Below are positions 25,774-40,117 of a DNA stretch of 64,000 nt, piece by piece. Each line of letters opens with the position of its first letter. Position 1 is the first letter of the stretch. Source of the DNA: Octopus sinensis (Eukaryota); the NCBI RefSeq assembly GCF_006345805.1, contig NC_043008.1, positions 50,840,001-50,904,000 on the forward strand. The letters are read 5' to 3'. The notes below the pieces were generated by a model, which made no database searches, was not told where the DNA came from, and was given only the letters and a program-made list of their open reading frames with translations. Made by a program: the position numbers and the translations under genes.

Positions 25774-28318
25774 CTGCAAGAATAAACAACAAGTTATTTA
25801 CATATAGATAAATACACAAAACCACACACACAATCATCATTATCATCCTCTTTATCCATGCTTGCATGGGTCAGACAGAATTTGTCGAGGCACATTTTCC
25901 AGACTGGATACCCTTCTATCACCAACCATCACCTGTTTCCAAGTAAGGTAATATCTCTCCATGACCAGATGTGGTTGGCATTATGAAGGACATCCAGCCA
26001 TAGAAATCATGCCGGAGATGATACTGGAGCTCAACACAGCCCTACAGCCTGCTGGTTACCATGCTTACACTTATATATTTTGAGCCTGAATGATTCCAAG
26101 GTGGTACATGGCATGACATGCAAGCCAGTCCAACTACTACACAAACCAACCATAAAACTTACAGTAGCTCACCACCTGCAAATACCAGTATATTAAATAA
26201 TAATTATCTCTTGCTGAATGGAGTACTTTTTTGTTGATCCTTGCAATAATGGAACAAAACACTATACATACATATATATACACACATACATATATATATA
26301 TACACACATACATACACATATATATATATATATATACATACATACATACACACATATATATATATACATACATACACACATATATATATATATATATACA
26401 CATACATACATACACACACACATATATACACACATACATACACATATACACAGACACACACACATACACATATATATATATATCAATCATCATCATCATT
26501 TTGATGTCTATTTTCCCACTCTTGAATGAGTTGGACAGAGATTACTGAGGCAGATATTCTAGGCCAAATGCCCTTCCTGTTGCCAACGCCCATCAGTTTC
26601 TGAGCAAGATATTTCCCCATGGCCAAGCATGTTCTTGCTGGACCCGGTCATGATGGTTATAGCCAATTACCATATTTTAATATGTATAAAGAACCCTTGT
26701 TTATAAGGAACCCCCTAATTTTAGGGGGTTAAAATTTGGAAAAAAAGGTTTTGTAAGGAACTATAATACTATCCATGTATAAGAAACTGGCATATTTTTT
26801 AAACCTAATTTTTGACAATTCTGCCAGCTCACAGATGATGAGATGATGATAATAGTAATAATAATAATCCTTTCTACTAAAGGCACAAGGCTTGAAATTT
26901 GTGGGTGTTGGGACCAGCCAATCACATCGACCCCAGTGTTTCACTGGTACTTAATTCATCAACCCTGAAAGGATGAAAGGCAAAGTTGACCTCAGTGGAA
27001 TTTGAACTCAGAACGTAGTGACAGGCAAAATGCTTCTAAGCATTTCACCTGGTGTGCTAACGATTCTGCCAGCTCACCACCTTAATAATAATGATGATGA
27101 TGATGATGATAATCCTTTCTACTGGAGACACAAGGTCTCAAATTTGTGGGGAGGGGACTAACTGATTACATCAACCCCAGTGTTTCACTGGCACTTGATT
27201 TTTCGACCCTGAAAGGATGAAAGGTAAAGTCAACCTTGGTGAATTTGAACACAGAACATAGCAACAGGTGAAATACCACTAAGCATTTCACCTGGCATGC
27301 TAACAATTCTGCCAGCTCGCCACCTTAATAATAATAATAATAATAATAATTCCTTTCTACTAAAGGACAAGGCTTGAAATTTTGAGGGGAAGGGACAAGT
27401 CAATTACATCGACCCCAGTGTCTCACTGGTATTTATTTTACTGACTCTGAAAGAATTAAAGGAAAAGTTGACCTTGGCGAAATTTGAACTCAGAATGTAA
27501 AGAGCTATGAAATGTTGCTAAGCATTTTAGTCCAGCATGCCAACAACTTTGCAAGCTCGTCAACAACACATTGGCTTACCTGTCCACACAATACACAAAG
27601 CTACAGAGAAACGCAGAGCAGGTGAGTGGAGAGTTAATGGACTGTAAAATAAGGTAGTTGTCTCTTGTAATAAATTACTATCACAGAAACAACAGCAACA
27701 ACAATAACAACAACCACAGCAAGCCAATGGAAACATCTGGGAGAGAGAAAGAGAGCAGGAGAGAGAGAGAGAGAGAGAGAGAGGGGAGGAAGGAGAGAGA
27801 GAGAGAAAGGGGAGTGGAATGTAGGAGGTGATTCAAATGATGACTAAAGCAATGTAATATCAGTGTATGTGTGCTTAGTGGTGGTGGCGGTGGATTGGTG
27901 GATAAGAAGGGGAGGGGGTTAGCTGCAGTGGCGAAGGTGGGTGGTGTGTGTGTGTGTGTATGGAGGGGGGGAGCGTTGACCATGCACTCCTGCTGTTCTG
28001 TCGCCATCACCACCATGGTGAGGATGACAACCACAGTGATGAGTGCTGCCACCAATGGTGCCGCCATCATCATCATCATTGCACAGAATGAAGTTCAGAT
28101 GACTGGCTGCCTCCTCCTCATCATCTCCATCGCTGACCCTAGGCCAGGAAAAAGCAAAAGAAAAAAAAAGACAGAGAGAAAGAAAGACAAAAAGGGAGGA
28201 AAGGTAAGTAAAGACAAAAAGAAAGGAAAAGTAAAGGTAAGAAGTAAAGAAAAAAAGGAAAGAAGGAAAGCAGCAAAGAAAGATGTGCATGCATGTAAAT
28301 ATGTATGTATGCATGCGA

Positions 28319-28361
<43 letters not shown>

Positions 28362-28437
28362 CACACATATATATATATGTATATACATATATAATCATTG
28401 TTTAACACCTGCTTTCCATGCTAGCATGGGTGGGACA

Positions 28438-28473
<36 letters not shown>

Positions 28474-28483
28474 TATATATATA

Positions 28484-28528
<45 letters not shown>

Positions 28529-31289
28529 TAGATAGAAAGGTAGGTAGATAGATAGATATGTAGGTAGATAGATAGATAGGTAGCTTGATAGCTAGGCTGA
28601 CCTGTAGCTATGTCTGTATATATATAAATAAGCAGGTAGGTCAGTAGATAGGAAAGGTAAATCTCATAGGTAGACATCTTGGTACGTAAGGAAGGAGTTA
28701 AGCCCTAAGTCAAACGAATTATCAGGAGAAACGAAGGTCGCTTTTAAAACTAATTAATTACTTCAGTTCGTCAGTGTCTCCATCGCTTTTTGTCATCTAG
28801 TCGTTACTTGCAGCCATCTCCCAGCTGGTTCTAAACTGACCGCTCGCTCACTGCCCAAAGGAACTGACCAAGCATGCTGTAAATGAAGAATATTGTCAGC
28901 TTGTGTCTTGTGTCTTGGAGAATGCTAAAACGGACAATTGCAATCTTGTGGTCGCTTTTCTTCAATTCCATGGAAGTTTCCGCATTGATGCTGATGGAAT
29001 CCTGACTATTGTTGAATAATTAGGAACAAGAGAAGGACATTTGTGGGTTGGTTTGGGGGGTAGGGGGTAGTGTTACATGGTGTGATGAGGGTGATGGTGA
29101 AAATGAGTGATATAATTGCGACAATGGTGGTGGTGGTGTGAGCAGATGATGAAGGTGTGTGACAGTTTTGACACTGGTGATGGTGGTTGTGGCAGTGGTG
29201 GTAGTAGTTGTAATGGTGGTGGTGGTGTTGGTGAACAATGGCAGAAGTACGGTGGATGGGAAACAATGACCAAAATCACTGAAGATTCCCTTTAGCACCA
29301 AAAGATGATTATATGTAACTTAAATGACAAAAGTACATACACCTGTGTATATATACATGTGTGCATGTATATATATATATATATATGTGTATATACATAC
29401 ACACACACACATGTATGTATGCGTATGTGTATATATATATATATATAGCTTATATAGCTGACACTCTATTGGTTACAACAAGGGTTTCAGTTGACCCAAA
29501 ACAAGGGATCAACAGCCAGCTTCTGAAATTAACATGCAGGTGGCTGAGTGCTCCACAGACAAGCATACACTTAGCACAGTCCTTGGGGAGATTCAGCATG
29601 ACACAGAAGGTGACAAGGCTGGCCCTTTTGAAACACAGGCACTATTCATTTTCACCAGCTGAGTGGACGGGAACAATATGAAATAAAGTGTCTTGCTCAA
29701 GGACATAAAGCACTGCCAGGAATTGAACTCATGACTTTATGATCATGAGCCAAACACTCTAACCACTAAGCCATGTGCCTTAACATTCACATGCGCATAT
29801 ATATATATATATATTGTATGTGCATATCTTTTATCTTTTACTTCTTTGACAGACTTGAATGTGGCCATGCTGGGGCACCAACTCGATGGGTTTTAGTTGA
29901 ACAAACCGGACTTTTTTAAAGCCTTGTATTTACTCTATCAGTCTCTTTTGCTGAACTAAGTTACAGGGATGTAAACACACCAACAATGGGTGTCAAGCTA
30001 TGGTAGGAGGACAAACACACACACACACATATAAATATATATACATAAAAACATATATATATATACACACACGACAAGCTTCTTTCAATTTCTGTCTACC
30101 AAATTCACTAACAAGGTTTTGGTTGGCATGAAGTTAAAGTAGAAGAAACTTGCTCAAGGTGTGATGCAGTGGGACTGAACCAGGAACCATGTGGTTGGGA
30201 AGCAAGCTTTGTACCACACAGCCATGCCTCACACACAAAGGTGTATATAAACAGTATTTTTCACTTTGAGTGAAACAAACTGGGAAATGTTTTACCAAGT
30301 ACAACAAATATTCTTTCTTTTATTCTTTTACTTGTTTCAGTTTTTTGACTGCGACCATGCTGGAGCACCGCCTTTATTCTTTGTAAGCCTAGTACTTATT
30401 CTATCAGTCTCTTTTGCCAAACCACTAAGTTACGGGGACATAAACACATCAGCATCGGTTGTCAAGCAATGTTGGGGGGGACAAACACATATATACGACA
30501 GGCTTCTTTCAGTTTCCATCTGTCAAATCCACTCACAAGGCTTTGGTTGGCCTAATGTTATAGTTGAAGACACTTGCCCAAGGTGCCATGCAGTGGGACT
30601 GAACCTAGAACCATGTGGTTGGTAAGCAAGCTACTTACCACATAGCCACATGTACATATGTATATAATTATATTAAGAGAGCAAGGGCAAAAATGACCTG
30701 TCTCCAGCATGCTTGAGGTTCTGAGAGCTTCAAAAAACTACCAAACACTCCAGATAAATATACACATGGCTGGAGTTTTTGGTTGTTTTTTGAAGCTCTC
30801 AGCACTTCAAGCATGCTATATACATATGTATATTATTATTAATTTAATGTATTAACTGCCAATAAATTTTTATAACATGCTGACTGCCTGATAAAAATCA
30901 TTAATGTAATTTTTATCCTTATATTCTATTATCATCATCATCATCATCATCATCGTTTAGCGTCCGTTTTCCATGCTAGCATGGGTTGGACGGGTCAACT
31001 GGGGTCTGGGAAGCTGGAAGGCTTCGTCAGGCCCAGTCAGATCTGGCAGTGTTTCTACGGCTGGATGCCCTTCCTAACGCCAACCACTCCGCGAGTGTAG
31101 TGGGTGCTTTTTACGTGAATTAATAAATATAACTCAGAACATAACAGTAGACAAAATACTGCAAAGCATTTTGCCCAGCATGCTTATGTTTCTGCCAGCT
31201 CACCGCCTTGAATATATACATACATATATATATATATATATATTAGATATTATATATACATATTAGGTAATATATATAACGACCTTAAC

Positions 31290-31740
31290 ATTAGCTTCAA
31301 GGTTCATCCAAGACTGGGACCACGGGCCATACGTCCCCTGCACAATTCAAGATCACAACATACATGTACACTGCAACATAATTTCTTTTCCACAACAGGC
31401 CCTGCCCTATTTAACATTGTCCCGAGGGAGATCAAAGAGGAAAAGGATCCCATCAACTTCAAACAGAGTCTGGATAGATTCCTTCAAAGAATACCAGATA
31501 AGCCACCCATAATTGGATACAACTCACCCAACAAGAACTCACTACTTGAACAAAACTGGATACAACTCACCCAACAAGAACTCACTACTTGAACAAAACT
31601 GGATACAACTCACCCAACAAGAACTCACTACTTGAACAAAACTTGACTTAAACAGGATTCAAATAATCCTATCAGGTGGTGCTGTTAAGTAGATATAGCC
31701 TAGACCAATCTTTGGTCGAAACATATCTAAGTTATCTAAG
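31290..31740 (+). mobile_element. CR1/L2-like LINE 3' end with a 3 x 43-bp internal tandem repeat (31515-31643)
   Basis: FNIVPREIK...FKQSLDRFLQRIPDKP..GY...NKNSLLE; unit ggatacaactcacccaacaagaactcactacttgaacaaaact at 31515, 31558 and 31601. Confidence 0.6.
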
Positions 31741-33050
31741 TTATATATATAATAAATCGTATGGTATATACCTGGAGGCATACTGAGAAAAGAACTTGCA
31801 GAACAGACGTTATTTTAATAAGATACATCTTGTAATCACTTGAAGAGACACATCTACACTGATGGATATGCCTAAGCCGGATTTTCAGTATCCCACACAC
31901 GAGGGATCAATGCTAGATGGATTGAAACAATTGTAGTGATCCATAAACATTCTTTACTTTCTATCTCATTAATCAAATATATATATATATATATATATAA
32001 GCAATATTAAATCTCTGAGCGAGAAGTAAACAGTAGCAGTACAGAATCGTAAAATATAATTGCCAATGAAATGTGGCGGTCCCATAGAGGATGATGCTAC
32101 TGTTGATTTTAGCCCCAGGAGGACATCTCCTCCAGCTGGCTAAGGACACACTGTCTCTCTCTCTCTATATATATATATATAATATAATAAATAAATAAAA
32201 TGTATGCATATATACATACATATATGTACATACTTACATCTACATGTATATATACAGGACATAACAAATAAACATAGAACACGAGAGACGAAAACATAAA
32301 ATCAAACAAGGAAACAGACTTTTTTTAAACAACGAAAAAACAGAGTACAGGACAAACAATACAAGGAAAATTCCCCTTCATCAGCTGTCCCTGGTTCGAC
32401 TCAATGCGTGTTTCAAAGGTAAGGACAGAACACGACCCGTCGAACCAGTCCTTCCAGCAAAAGGAATTACATAAAATTCTTTTGCAGAGGGGTAAAACAA
32501 GTGACAAAAACAGGACGTAAAAGCAATACAAATGAAGAAAAAACAGTACAAAACAGTATAAATATATATATATAAATATATATAAACACACTCTTTTACT
32601 TGCTTCAGTCATTTGACTGTGGCCATGCTGGAGCACTGCCTTAAAATGTAGTGCACATGCACAGCAGAGGTCAAAATCAATCTGTGCCAAGTGGCTTCAC
32701 TCTGTGTGCTTTAGCTTCATTACCATGGCAATGGTCCGGATACATATTCATTAGACCTCATAAATGTGTGTAACCGTCTCCCTGTCTTGACGTCATGTGA
32801 TAGCTGTAAGTGAATGCCATCACCATGCAAGCAGTATCCTTCATTTCCAACTTTCCAGGATAGAACATGTCTGGTTATGGGGAAGTACTTTCCCAGGGCC
32901 AAGGGTTGGTGACAGGAAGGGCATCTGGCCATACAAAATCCCCCTCAACAAATTCTCCAACCCATGAGAGGATGGAAAAGTGGAAGTCAAGACGAGGATG
33001 AGGATGATGATGATGATGATGATGAGGATAACATAAATACATTAACATAC

Positions 33051-33175
33051 CTGCATTAGGGTTTTCATTGGAATATTTTTTCAGCTTTGCCACAAAGAAA
33101 CCATCCAAGTTATGGGTATGTGGGTAGTAGCGCCGCGTCAGGTTCATACTCGGGTGGAACCGATGTCTTTGGAAT
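33051..33175 (-). CDS. NOP2: NOP2 exon 16 ([41 protein letters not shown])
   Basis: Conserved C-terminal catalytic-domain motif; aacag acceptor, GTATG donor. Confidence 0.96.
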
Positions 33176-33804
33176 CTGTTGAAGAGGGAAAACAGAGTAA
33201 GACTAGTTATGGAGACTGAAATGAAATCAGAGGAGTAACAGATAAAAAAATGGGAGTACTTTAAGATATAGTGACATACATATATATATTGTGAAGTATA
33301 TTTGCCACCTAAATGTGTTTAACCCTTAAGGGTCGATGCTACTGTAGCTTGTAGCCCCAAAAAGACATCTCCTCCAACTGGCTATTGACACACTATCTGT
33401 GCTCTATCAGTATTTGCAAAGGGAAGTCATCATTCCCATCTCCAGCCTGACGTGATACACACGGACCTGGGTTTCTGGATATTGACCCGCCACCATAGGG
33501 CACCGAAACTGTGTCAATAAACAGCTGGAGGTGATGTCTTCCTGGAGCTACAAGCTAGAGTACCATTGACCTTTAAGGGTTAGCCATATTTAGGTGACAA
33601 ATATACTTCACGATGTCATGCAGCTACAGGTTATACCTCGCTCAGAGATTTATTATTGCTTATATATATATACATATATATATATATATGTCTGTGTATA
33701 TATATATATACATATAAAACAAGAGAGAAGGATTGAAAGGATAAAAAGGTTCAACTAGCAACAAAAACAGAAAAAAGAAGAAATCAACAAAAGCAAAGAC
33801 TTAC

Positions 33805-33902
33805 TTTGGAAATCCTTTCTCACCAAAATCCAGTCCTGTTGGAACCAGTTTTACAGCGCGTCTCTTCAGAGCATAATCAATAATACATTCATTTTCTTCA
33901 AC
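33805..33902 (-). CDS. NOP2: NOP2 exon 15 ([32 protein letters not shown])
   Basis: Conserved peptide; tgcag acceptor, GTAAG donor. Confidence 0.96.
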
Positions 33903-35065
33903 CTGCAAAGATTAAACATGAAGAGAAATAAAATATAAAGAGAGATCTGTGGTTCTTGACCCATTTTTTTTACCTGGGGACCCCTTGTTTCCTATTTGGC
34001 ATGAACCCTCTTAGTCATTTGAAATTGGAAAAAATCCTATTATATTATTATTGTTCTGAGGTCAACTTTGCCTTTCATCATTTTAGGGTTGATAAAATAA
34101 GTACCAGTGCATTGGGGTCAATGTAATCAACTAGTCCCCTCCCCACAAATTCCAGGCCTTATCCTTTAACAGAAAAAAGGATTATTATTATTATTATCTC
34201 CACCTTAGTGAAGGCGGAGGTATTGTTTTCAGTTGTGTTTGTTTGTTTGTCTGTGGACGAGATATCTCAAGAACTGCTGGATGGATTTGGATGAAACTTT
34301 CAGGGATATTTGGTCTCGTGACTGGCACGAACTGATCAGATTTTGGGATCGATCTGGTACCAGACAAAGATTCCGGATTATTTGTTATATTTACTTTACA
34401 TGAAGTATTACGATCTCTGATTATCTCCCTTGAAAGTACACACCTGGTTTCCATGTAAATTATGATGGCGCTACTGTTTCCAAATTATGATGGCGCTATT
34501 AGCACCACCAAAACAGGATTTGAACTCAGAAAGCAAAGAACCACAATAAATATCATAACTTATTGAATTTGAGGCTCCCTCAATTCCACCAAACTACCTG
34601 TCTGGATTGTTACTTTATTGAGTTCAAAATAATAAATAATAAAGTTGACTTCAGCAGGGATTGAACTCAGAAAGCAAAGAGCCCGAACAGCTGTCACCAA
34701 GCATCTTATCTAACACTCCAAAAATCCCATCAAATCACCTTTTTTCCCTTTCATTTCATGGTTGATAAATACAGCACCAGCCTGAAATGGTGCTTTATTT
34801 ATTGAGCGTGAAATGATAAAATGCAAAAATGACTTCAGCTGGATTAGAACTCAAAGTGCTGTGATCTGGAATGTACACGATGTGGTATATTATCCATTGC
34901 TCTAATCTCTAGTGACTCCACTCCCCTCCACCAATTGACTGCTTTCTGAAGGATGTAGCAGACAATAATCTAGTGAGAAGAGGGTTTAATCTATGAAAGC
35001 TGTATGTATGGAGGTGGTTTTTTGGGGTTTTAAAACAATTAGAATTACGGAGAGAAGGACACTGT

Positions 35066-35490
35066 GTTTGAGTGAGAGAGGAGAGTGAAAGAGAGAGGAG
35101 AGTGAGTGAGTGAGAGAGGAGAGTGAATGAGAGGGGAGTGAGTGAGGGAGGAGAGTGAGTGAGAGTGGAGAGTGAGTGAGGAGAGGAGAGTGAGAGAGGA
35201 GAGTGAGTGAGAGGGGAGTGAGAGAGGAGAGTGAGTGAGGAGTGAGTGAGAGAGGAGTGAGTGAGAGTGGAGAGTGAGTGAGGAGAGGGGAGTGAGAGAG
35301 GAGAGTGAGTGAGAGGGGAGTGAGAGAGGAGAGTGAGTGAGGAGTGAGTGAGAGGAGTGAGTGAGAGTGGAGAGTGAGTGAGGAGAGGGGAGTGAGAGAG
35401 GAGAGTGAGTGAGAGGGGAGTGAGAGAGGAGAGTGAAAGAGGGGAGAGTGAGTGAAGGAGAGGAGAGTAAGTAAGAGAGGAGAGTGAGTG
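35066..35490. repeat. Purine-rich (GAGA/GTGA/GGAG) compound satellite in NOP2 intron 14
   Basis: About 420 nt almost free of C on the plus strand, with recurring gagagaggagagtgagtgagaggggagt units. Confidence 0.9.
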
Positions 35491-35796
35491 TTGTATCTGT
35501 GTATATTATTTTAGATATTAATGTAAATGAAAGTGAAACTTAAGTAACCTGAACAGAATAGGGGCTTGGATAGAGTGTCAAGTCTGTTTACGTGATGTGA
35601 ATGTGCAGGTTTCACACCCAGACATAGGTGCAAAGCTGCATAAACACATCGGCAGATGCATTCATGAGTATTATCACTTACACACACACACACACACAAA
35701 GCAAAACATCAGTCTATTCAACAAAACAAAAAATATAAGTAAAAAAAAACACAAACAAGGTGAAAGAAGAATTGAAGAGAGAGAAAGGAACTTTAC

Positions 35797-35919
35797 CAAA
35801 ACTGAACAAGTTGAGTAGACAATATAGGAACCAGTTTTAGACTTGGCATTGCAACAGTCAATAGCAGATAGTAACAATTCTCTTTGCATATTGGAACATC
35901 GGTTAATTTGGTCTTGGTC
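35797..35919 (-). CDS. NOP2: NOP2 exon 14 (DQDQINRCSNMQRELLLSAIDCC...YIVYSTCSVL), motif VI
   Basis: STC catalytic motif; ttttag acceptor, GTAAA donor. Confidence 0.96.
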
Positions 35920-36087
35920 CTAAAATATAAAAGACAATATGCTATACAATACTATTTAATGGTAAATTCTATGAAATAATGTATGTATGTACGTACATAT
36001 GTATGTATGCATGCATACACACACACATATATATACGCATGTGTGGGTATGTGATTAAGAAGCTTGCGTCCCAACTGTATGCATGCA

Positions 36088-36125
<38 letters not shown>

Positions 36126-37458
36126 CTTGAGGAGACCTATTGAGTCAAGAAAAATCAAACTCAAATCACAATCAAATGGAAATTGTGGCTGTGGCCGATG
36201 CCAGTGCCGCCTGACTGGCTCTTGTTGCTGGTGGCATGCAATAAGCACCATTCATTTGTGGGTTGTTGCCAGTTCCACCTGACTGGCGCCCCGTGCTGGT
36301 GGAATGTAAAAAAGCACCCACTACAGTCTCATAGTGGTTGGTGTTAGGAAGAGCATCCAGCTGTAGATACATTGCCAGATCAGATTGGAGCCTGATGTAG
36401 CCACCTTAGCTTGCCTGTCCCCAACCAAACCGTCCAACCCATGCCGGCATGGAAAACGGATGTTAAACGATTATATATATACGTATACACACACACATAT
36501 GTATCTTCATTATTTAACGTCCATTTTCCATGCTGTCATGGGTTGGACGGTTTGGCAGGAGCTGACCAGCTGAAGGGCTCTTCAGGATCCATGTCTGTTT
36601 TGGCATGGCTTCTACACGGTACCATCACTTATGAGCTCACAAGATTAGGGATGCTCGCTGGAAAAGGTTGCAAGGGACAAGCCTGTATGCAAGAGTAATA
36701 TATATATCAGTCGCCATGATTGATCGCTAAATCCAGAAGTTTTTTTATTCTCTGTTTATTTCCTTGTGTTCTTTTCTGTTGAAGAGCATAGGCTCGAAAC
36801 GTACACTTTTAGGTGCATCAAACTAATAACCTGCTTGTTGTTTAACACCTGTGATTGTTTTTTATTTTTCTGTAAATTTCAACAAATATATATATATATA
36901 TATATATAAAGGGCTTCTTTTCGCACCCATCTATCAAACCTATCCACAAGGCTTTGGTCAGCTTGGGGTCATATTAAAAGACACTTGCCAAAGGTGGCAT
37001 GCAGTGGAGCTGAACCTGGAACCATACGGATGGGAAGCAGGCTTCTAAACCACATGTTTCTAGCACTAGTATAAGTTGGGCAGGTGCATAACATATGTTG
37101 ATCAGATTCTGATATTTACAGTTCAAAGCCACGTTAACATGGGTTTGCGTGGGAATGAAAGGAATCTCCTTATACAAGGTACATAACTCTAGCATAGTTC
37201 CTGGGCGCCCTTCGGCCAAATGAAAAATTGCCTTAAATTTTATTAAGTGTGGCCCCACTCCTCCAAAAAAATAAGGTTGCCCATACATGACTCTCATCAA
37301 TGTTCCTCATATTTGTTTTTAACAGATGTCTTTTTTCTTTTTGCTATCACTTTTTCAAAAACCCCTTATAGCAAGCATAAGGTATCTAAGACTACATTAG
37401 TCAATGTGCCCTAATAGAATGAAAGGTGGAGTTGGTAAGAAACAAACGTAATACTCAC

Positions 37459-37548
37459 TTTGGTGTTTTTCACTGTAGGGTCCTTACAGATAACCCCAGT
37501 ACCACTGCAGGGGGCATCTAGTAACACACGATCAAATGTATTCACTAT
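37459..37548 (-). CDS. NOP2: NOP2 exon 13, duplicate copy
   Basis: Reads identical to 39102-39191 and lies inside the 1.64-kb tandem duplication. Confidence 0.5.
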
Positions 37549-38336
37549 CTGCACAAATAAAAACCAAAATTTAGATAGTTGACTTTTAAAAACAAACTCT
37601 TTAGCATTCAGATTACTGTCAAAACTCATCTTTATTTATTCACATTATTTGGAATTAATCATGGATTATCTTTCAGCTTTGAGATTTCAATGATGTGAGT
37701 GTTGATTTTTAGAAAGACACTGTAACAGAAATGCGAGAGGCAGGAGCTGGCTGGTTGAAGATGCTTAAAGGGTTAAAGTTAGTAAAGCTATATTGTTATT
37801 ATTTCTTTATTGCCCACAAGGGGCTACACACTGAGGGGACAAACAAGGACAGGCAAAGGGATTAAGTCGATTACATCGACCCCAGTGCGTAACTGGTACT
37901 TAATTTATCGACCCCGAAAGGATGAAAGATAAAGTCGACCTCGGTGGAATTTGAACTCAGAACGTAAAGGCAGACGAAATACTGCTAAGCATTTCGCCTG
38001 GCGTGCTAATGATTCTTCCAGCTATATTATGTTTCGGAAGAGTAATAACACTCATCGGTTGTTGTTTTGTATTTACAGCCAAGAAAGGTAGGTCAACTCA
38101 TACACCAACACGATTTTGGAGGATCCAAAATTCCAAGGGAAATGCAGCCGGATTTGGAAAGATAGACACAATGTTCCAATGTTTACATATGTACTGTGTC
38201 AACTCATATGCTGGAAAATACAGTATTTCTTTATGAACATACAAACATATATACAGACACTCACACACAAACATATATATATAGATTACACACACACATG
38301 TAAACATACACACGCAATTAAGAACAAGGGACTTAC

Positions 38337-38476
38337 TTTGTTCATATTGCGACCATCATAGTTGGCTACAACGACATTCATAATCCCCATGCGATGAAGG
38401 TTGGCAATAACTGCATTTAATCGAGTCTTGTTGCTGTCATTGGCAAATAATATACCTGTGTTTTTCATCAGAGCAG
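38337..38476 (-). CDS. NOP2: NOP2 exon 12, duplicate copy
   Basis: Reads identical to 39978-40117 and lies inside the 1.64-kb tandem duplication. Confidence 0.5.
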
Positions 38477-39101
38477 CTGCGCAAGAAAAGCAGAAAAAGG
38501 CATAAGAAAATATATACATCCCTACATATATATATATATATATATATATATAAAGGGCTTCTTTTCGCACCCATCTATCAAACCTATCCACAAGGCTTTG
38601 GTCAGCTTGGGGTCATATTAAAAGACACTTGCCAAAGGTGGCATGCAGTGGAGCTGAACCTGGAACCATACGGATGGGAAGCAGGCTTCTAAACCACATG
38701 TTTCTAGCACTAGTATAGTTGGGCAGGTGCATAACATATGTTGATCAGATTCTGATATTTACAGTTCAAAGCCACGTTAACATGGGTTTGCGTGGGAATG
38801 AAAGGAATCTCCTTATACAAGGTACATAACTCTAGCATAGTTCCTGGGCGCCCTTCGGCCAAATGAAAAATTGCCTTAAATTTTATTAAGTGTGGCCCCA
38901 CTCCTCCAAAAAAATAAGGTTGCCCATACATGACTCTCATCAATGTTCCTCATATTTGTTTTTAACAGATGTCTTTTTTCTTTTTGCTATCACTTTTTCA
39001 AAAACCCCTTATAGCAAGCATAAGGTATCTAAGACTACATTAGTCAATGTGCCCTAATAGAATGAAAGGTGGAGTTGGTAAGAAACAAACGTAATACTCA
39101 C

Positions 39102-39191
39102 TTTGGTGTTTTTCACTGTAGGGTCCTTACAGATAACCCCAGTACCACTGCAGGGGGCATCTAGTAACACACGATCAAATGTATTCACTAT
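39102..39191 (-). CDS. NOP2: NOP2 exon 13, copy 1 ([30 protein letters not shown]), motif IV
   Basis: DAPCSG catalytic motif; tgcag acceptor, GTGAG donor. Confidence 0.95.
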
Positions 39192-39977
39192 CTGCACAAA
39201 TAAAAACCAAAATTTAGATAGTTGACTTTTAAAAACAAACTCTTTAGCATTCAGATTACTGTCAAAACTCATCTTTATTTATTCACATTATTTGGAATTA
39301 ATCATGGATTATCTTTCAGCTTTGAGATTTCAATGATGTGAGTGTTGATTTTTAGAAAGACACTGTAACAGAAATGCGAGAGGCAGGAGCTGGCTGGTTG
39401 AAGATGCTTAAAGGGTTAAAGTTAGTAAAGCTATATTGTTATTATTTCTTTATTGCCCACAAGGGGCTACACACTGAGGGGACAAACAAGGACAGGCAAA
39501 GGGATTAAGTCGATTACATCGACCCCAGTGCGTAACTGGTACTTAATTTATCGACCCCGAAAGGATGAAAGATAAAGTCGACCTCGGTGGAATTTGAACT
39601 CAGAACGTAAAGGCAGACGAAATACTGCTAAGCATTTCGCCTGGCGTGCTAATGATTCTTCCAGCTATATTATGTTTCGGAAGAGTAATAACACTCATCG
39701 GTTGTTGTTTTGTATTTACAGCCAAGAAAGGTAGGTCAACTCATACACCAACACGATTTTGGAGGATCCAAAATTCCAAGGGAAATGCAGCCGGATTTGG
39801 AAAGATAGACACAATGTTCCAATGTTTACATATGTACTGTGTCAACTCATATGCTGGAAAATACAGTATTTCTTTATGAACATACAAACATATATACAGA
39901 CACTCACACACAAACATATATATAGATTACACACACACATGTAAACATACACACGCAATTAAGAACAAGGGACTTAC

Positions 39978-40117
39978 TTTGTTCATATTGCGACCATCAT
40001 AGTTGGCTACAACGACATTCATAATCCCCATGCGATGAAGGTTGGCAATAACTGCATTTAATCGAGTCTTGTTGCTGTCATTGGCAAATAATATACCTGT
40101 GTTTTTCATCAGAGCAG
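39978..40117 (-). CDS. NOP2: NOP2 exon 12, copy 1 (AALMKNTGILFAND...YDGRNMNK)
   Basis: Conserved peptide; gcag acceptor, GTAAG donor. Confidence 0.95.

Noticed and set aside
27919-28138. Putative extra NOP2 exon after a strong polypyrimidine tract
   Set aside because: In the required phase it stops after 15 codons; other frames are low-complexity CAT/GGT repeats with no clear donor
32370-32450. Possible type II hammerhead (GAAAC...GTC...CTGATGA) on the minus strand
   Set aside because: Stem I cannot pair (G opposite G at the junction) and a competing ctggttcgac/gtcgaaccag helix exists
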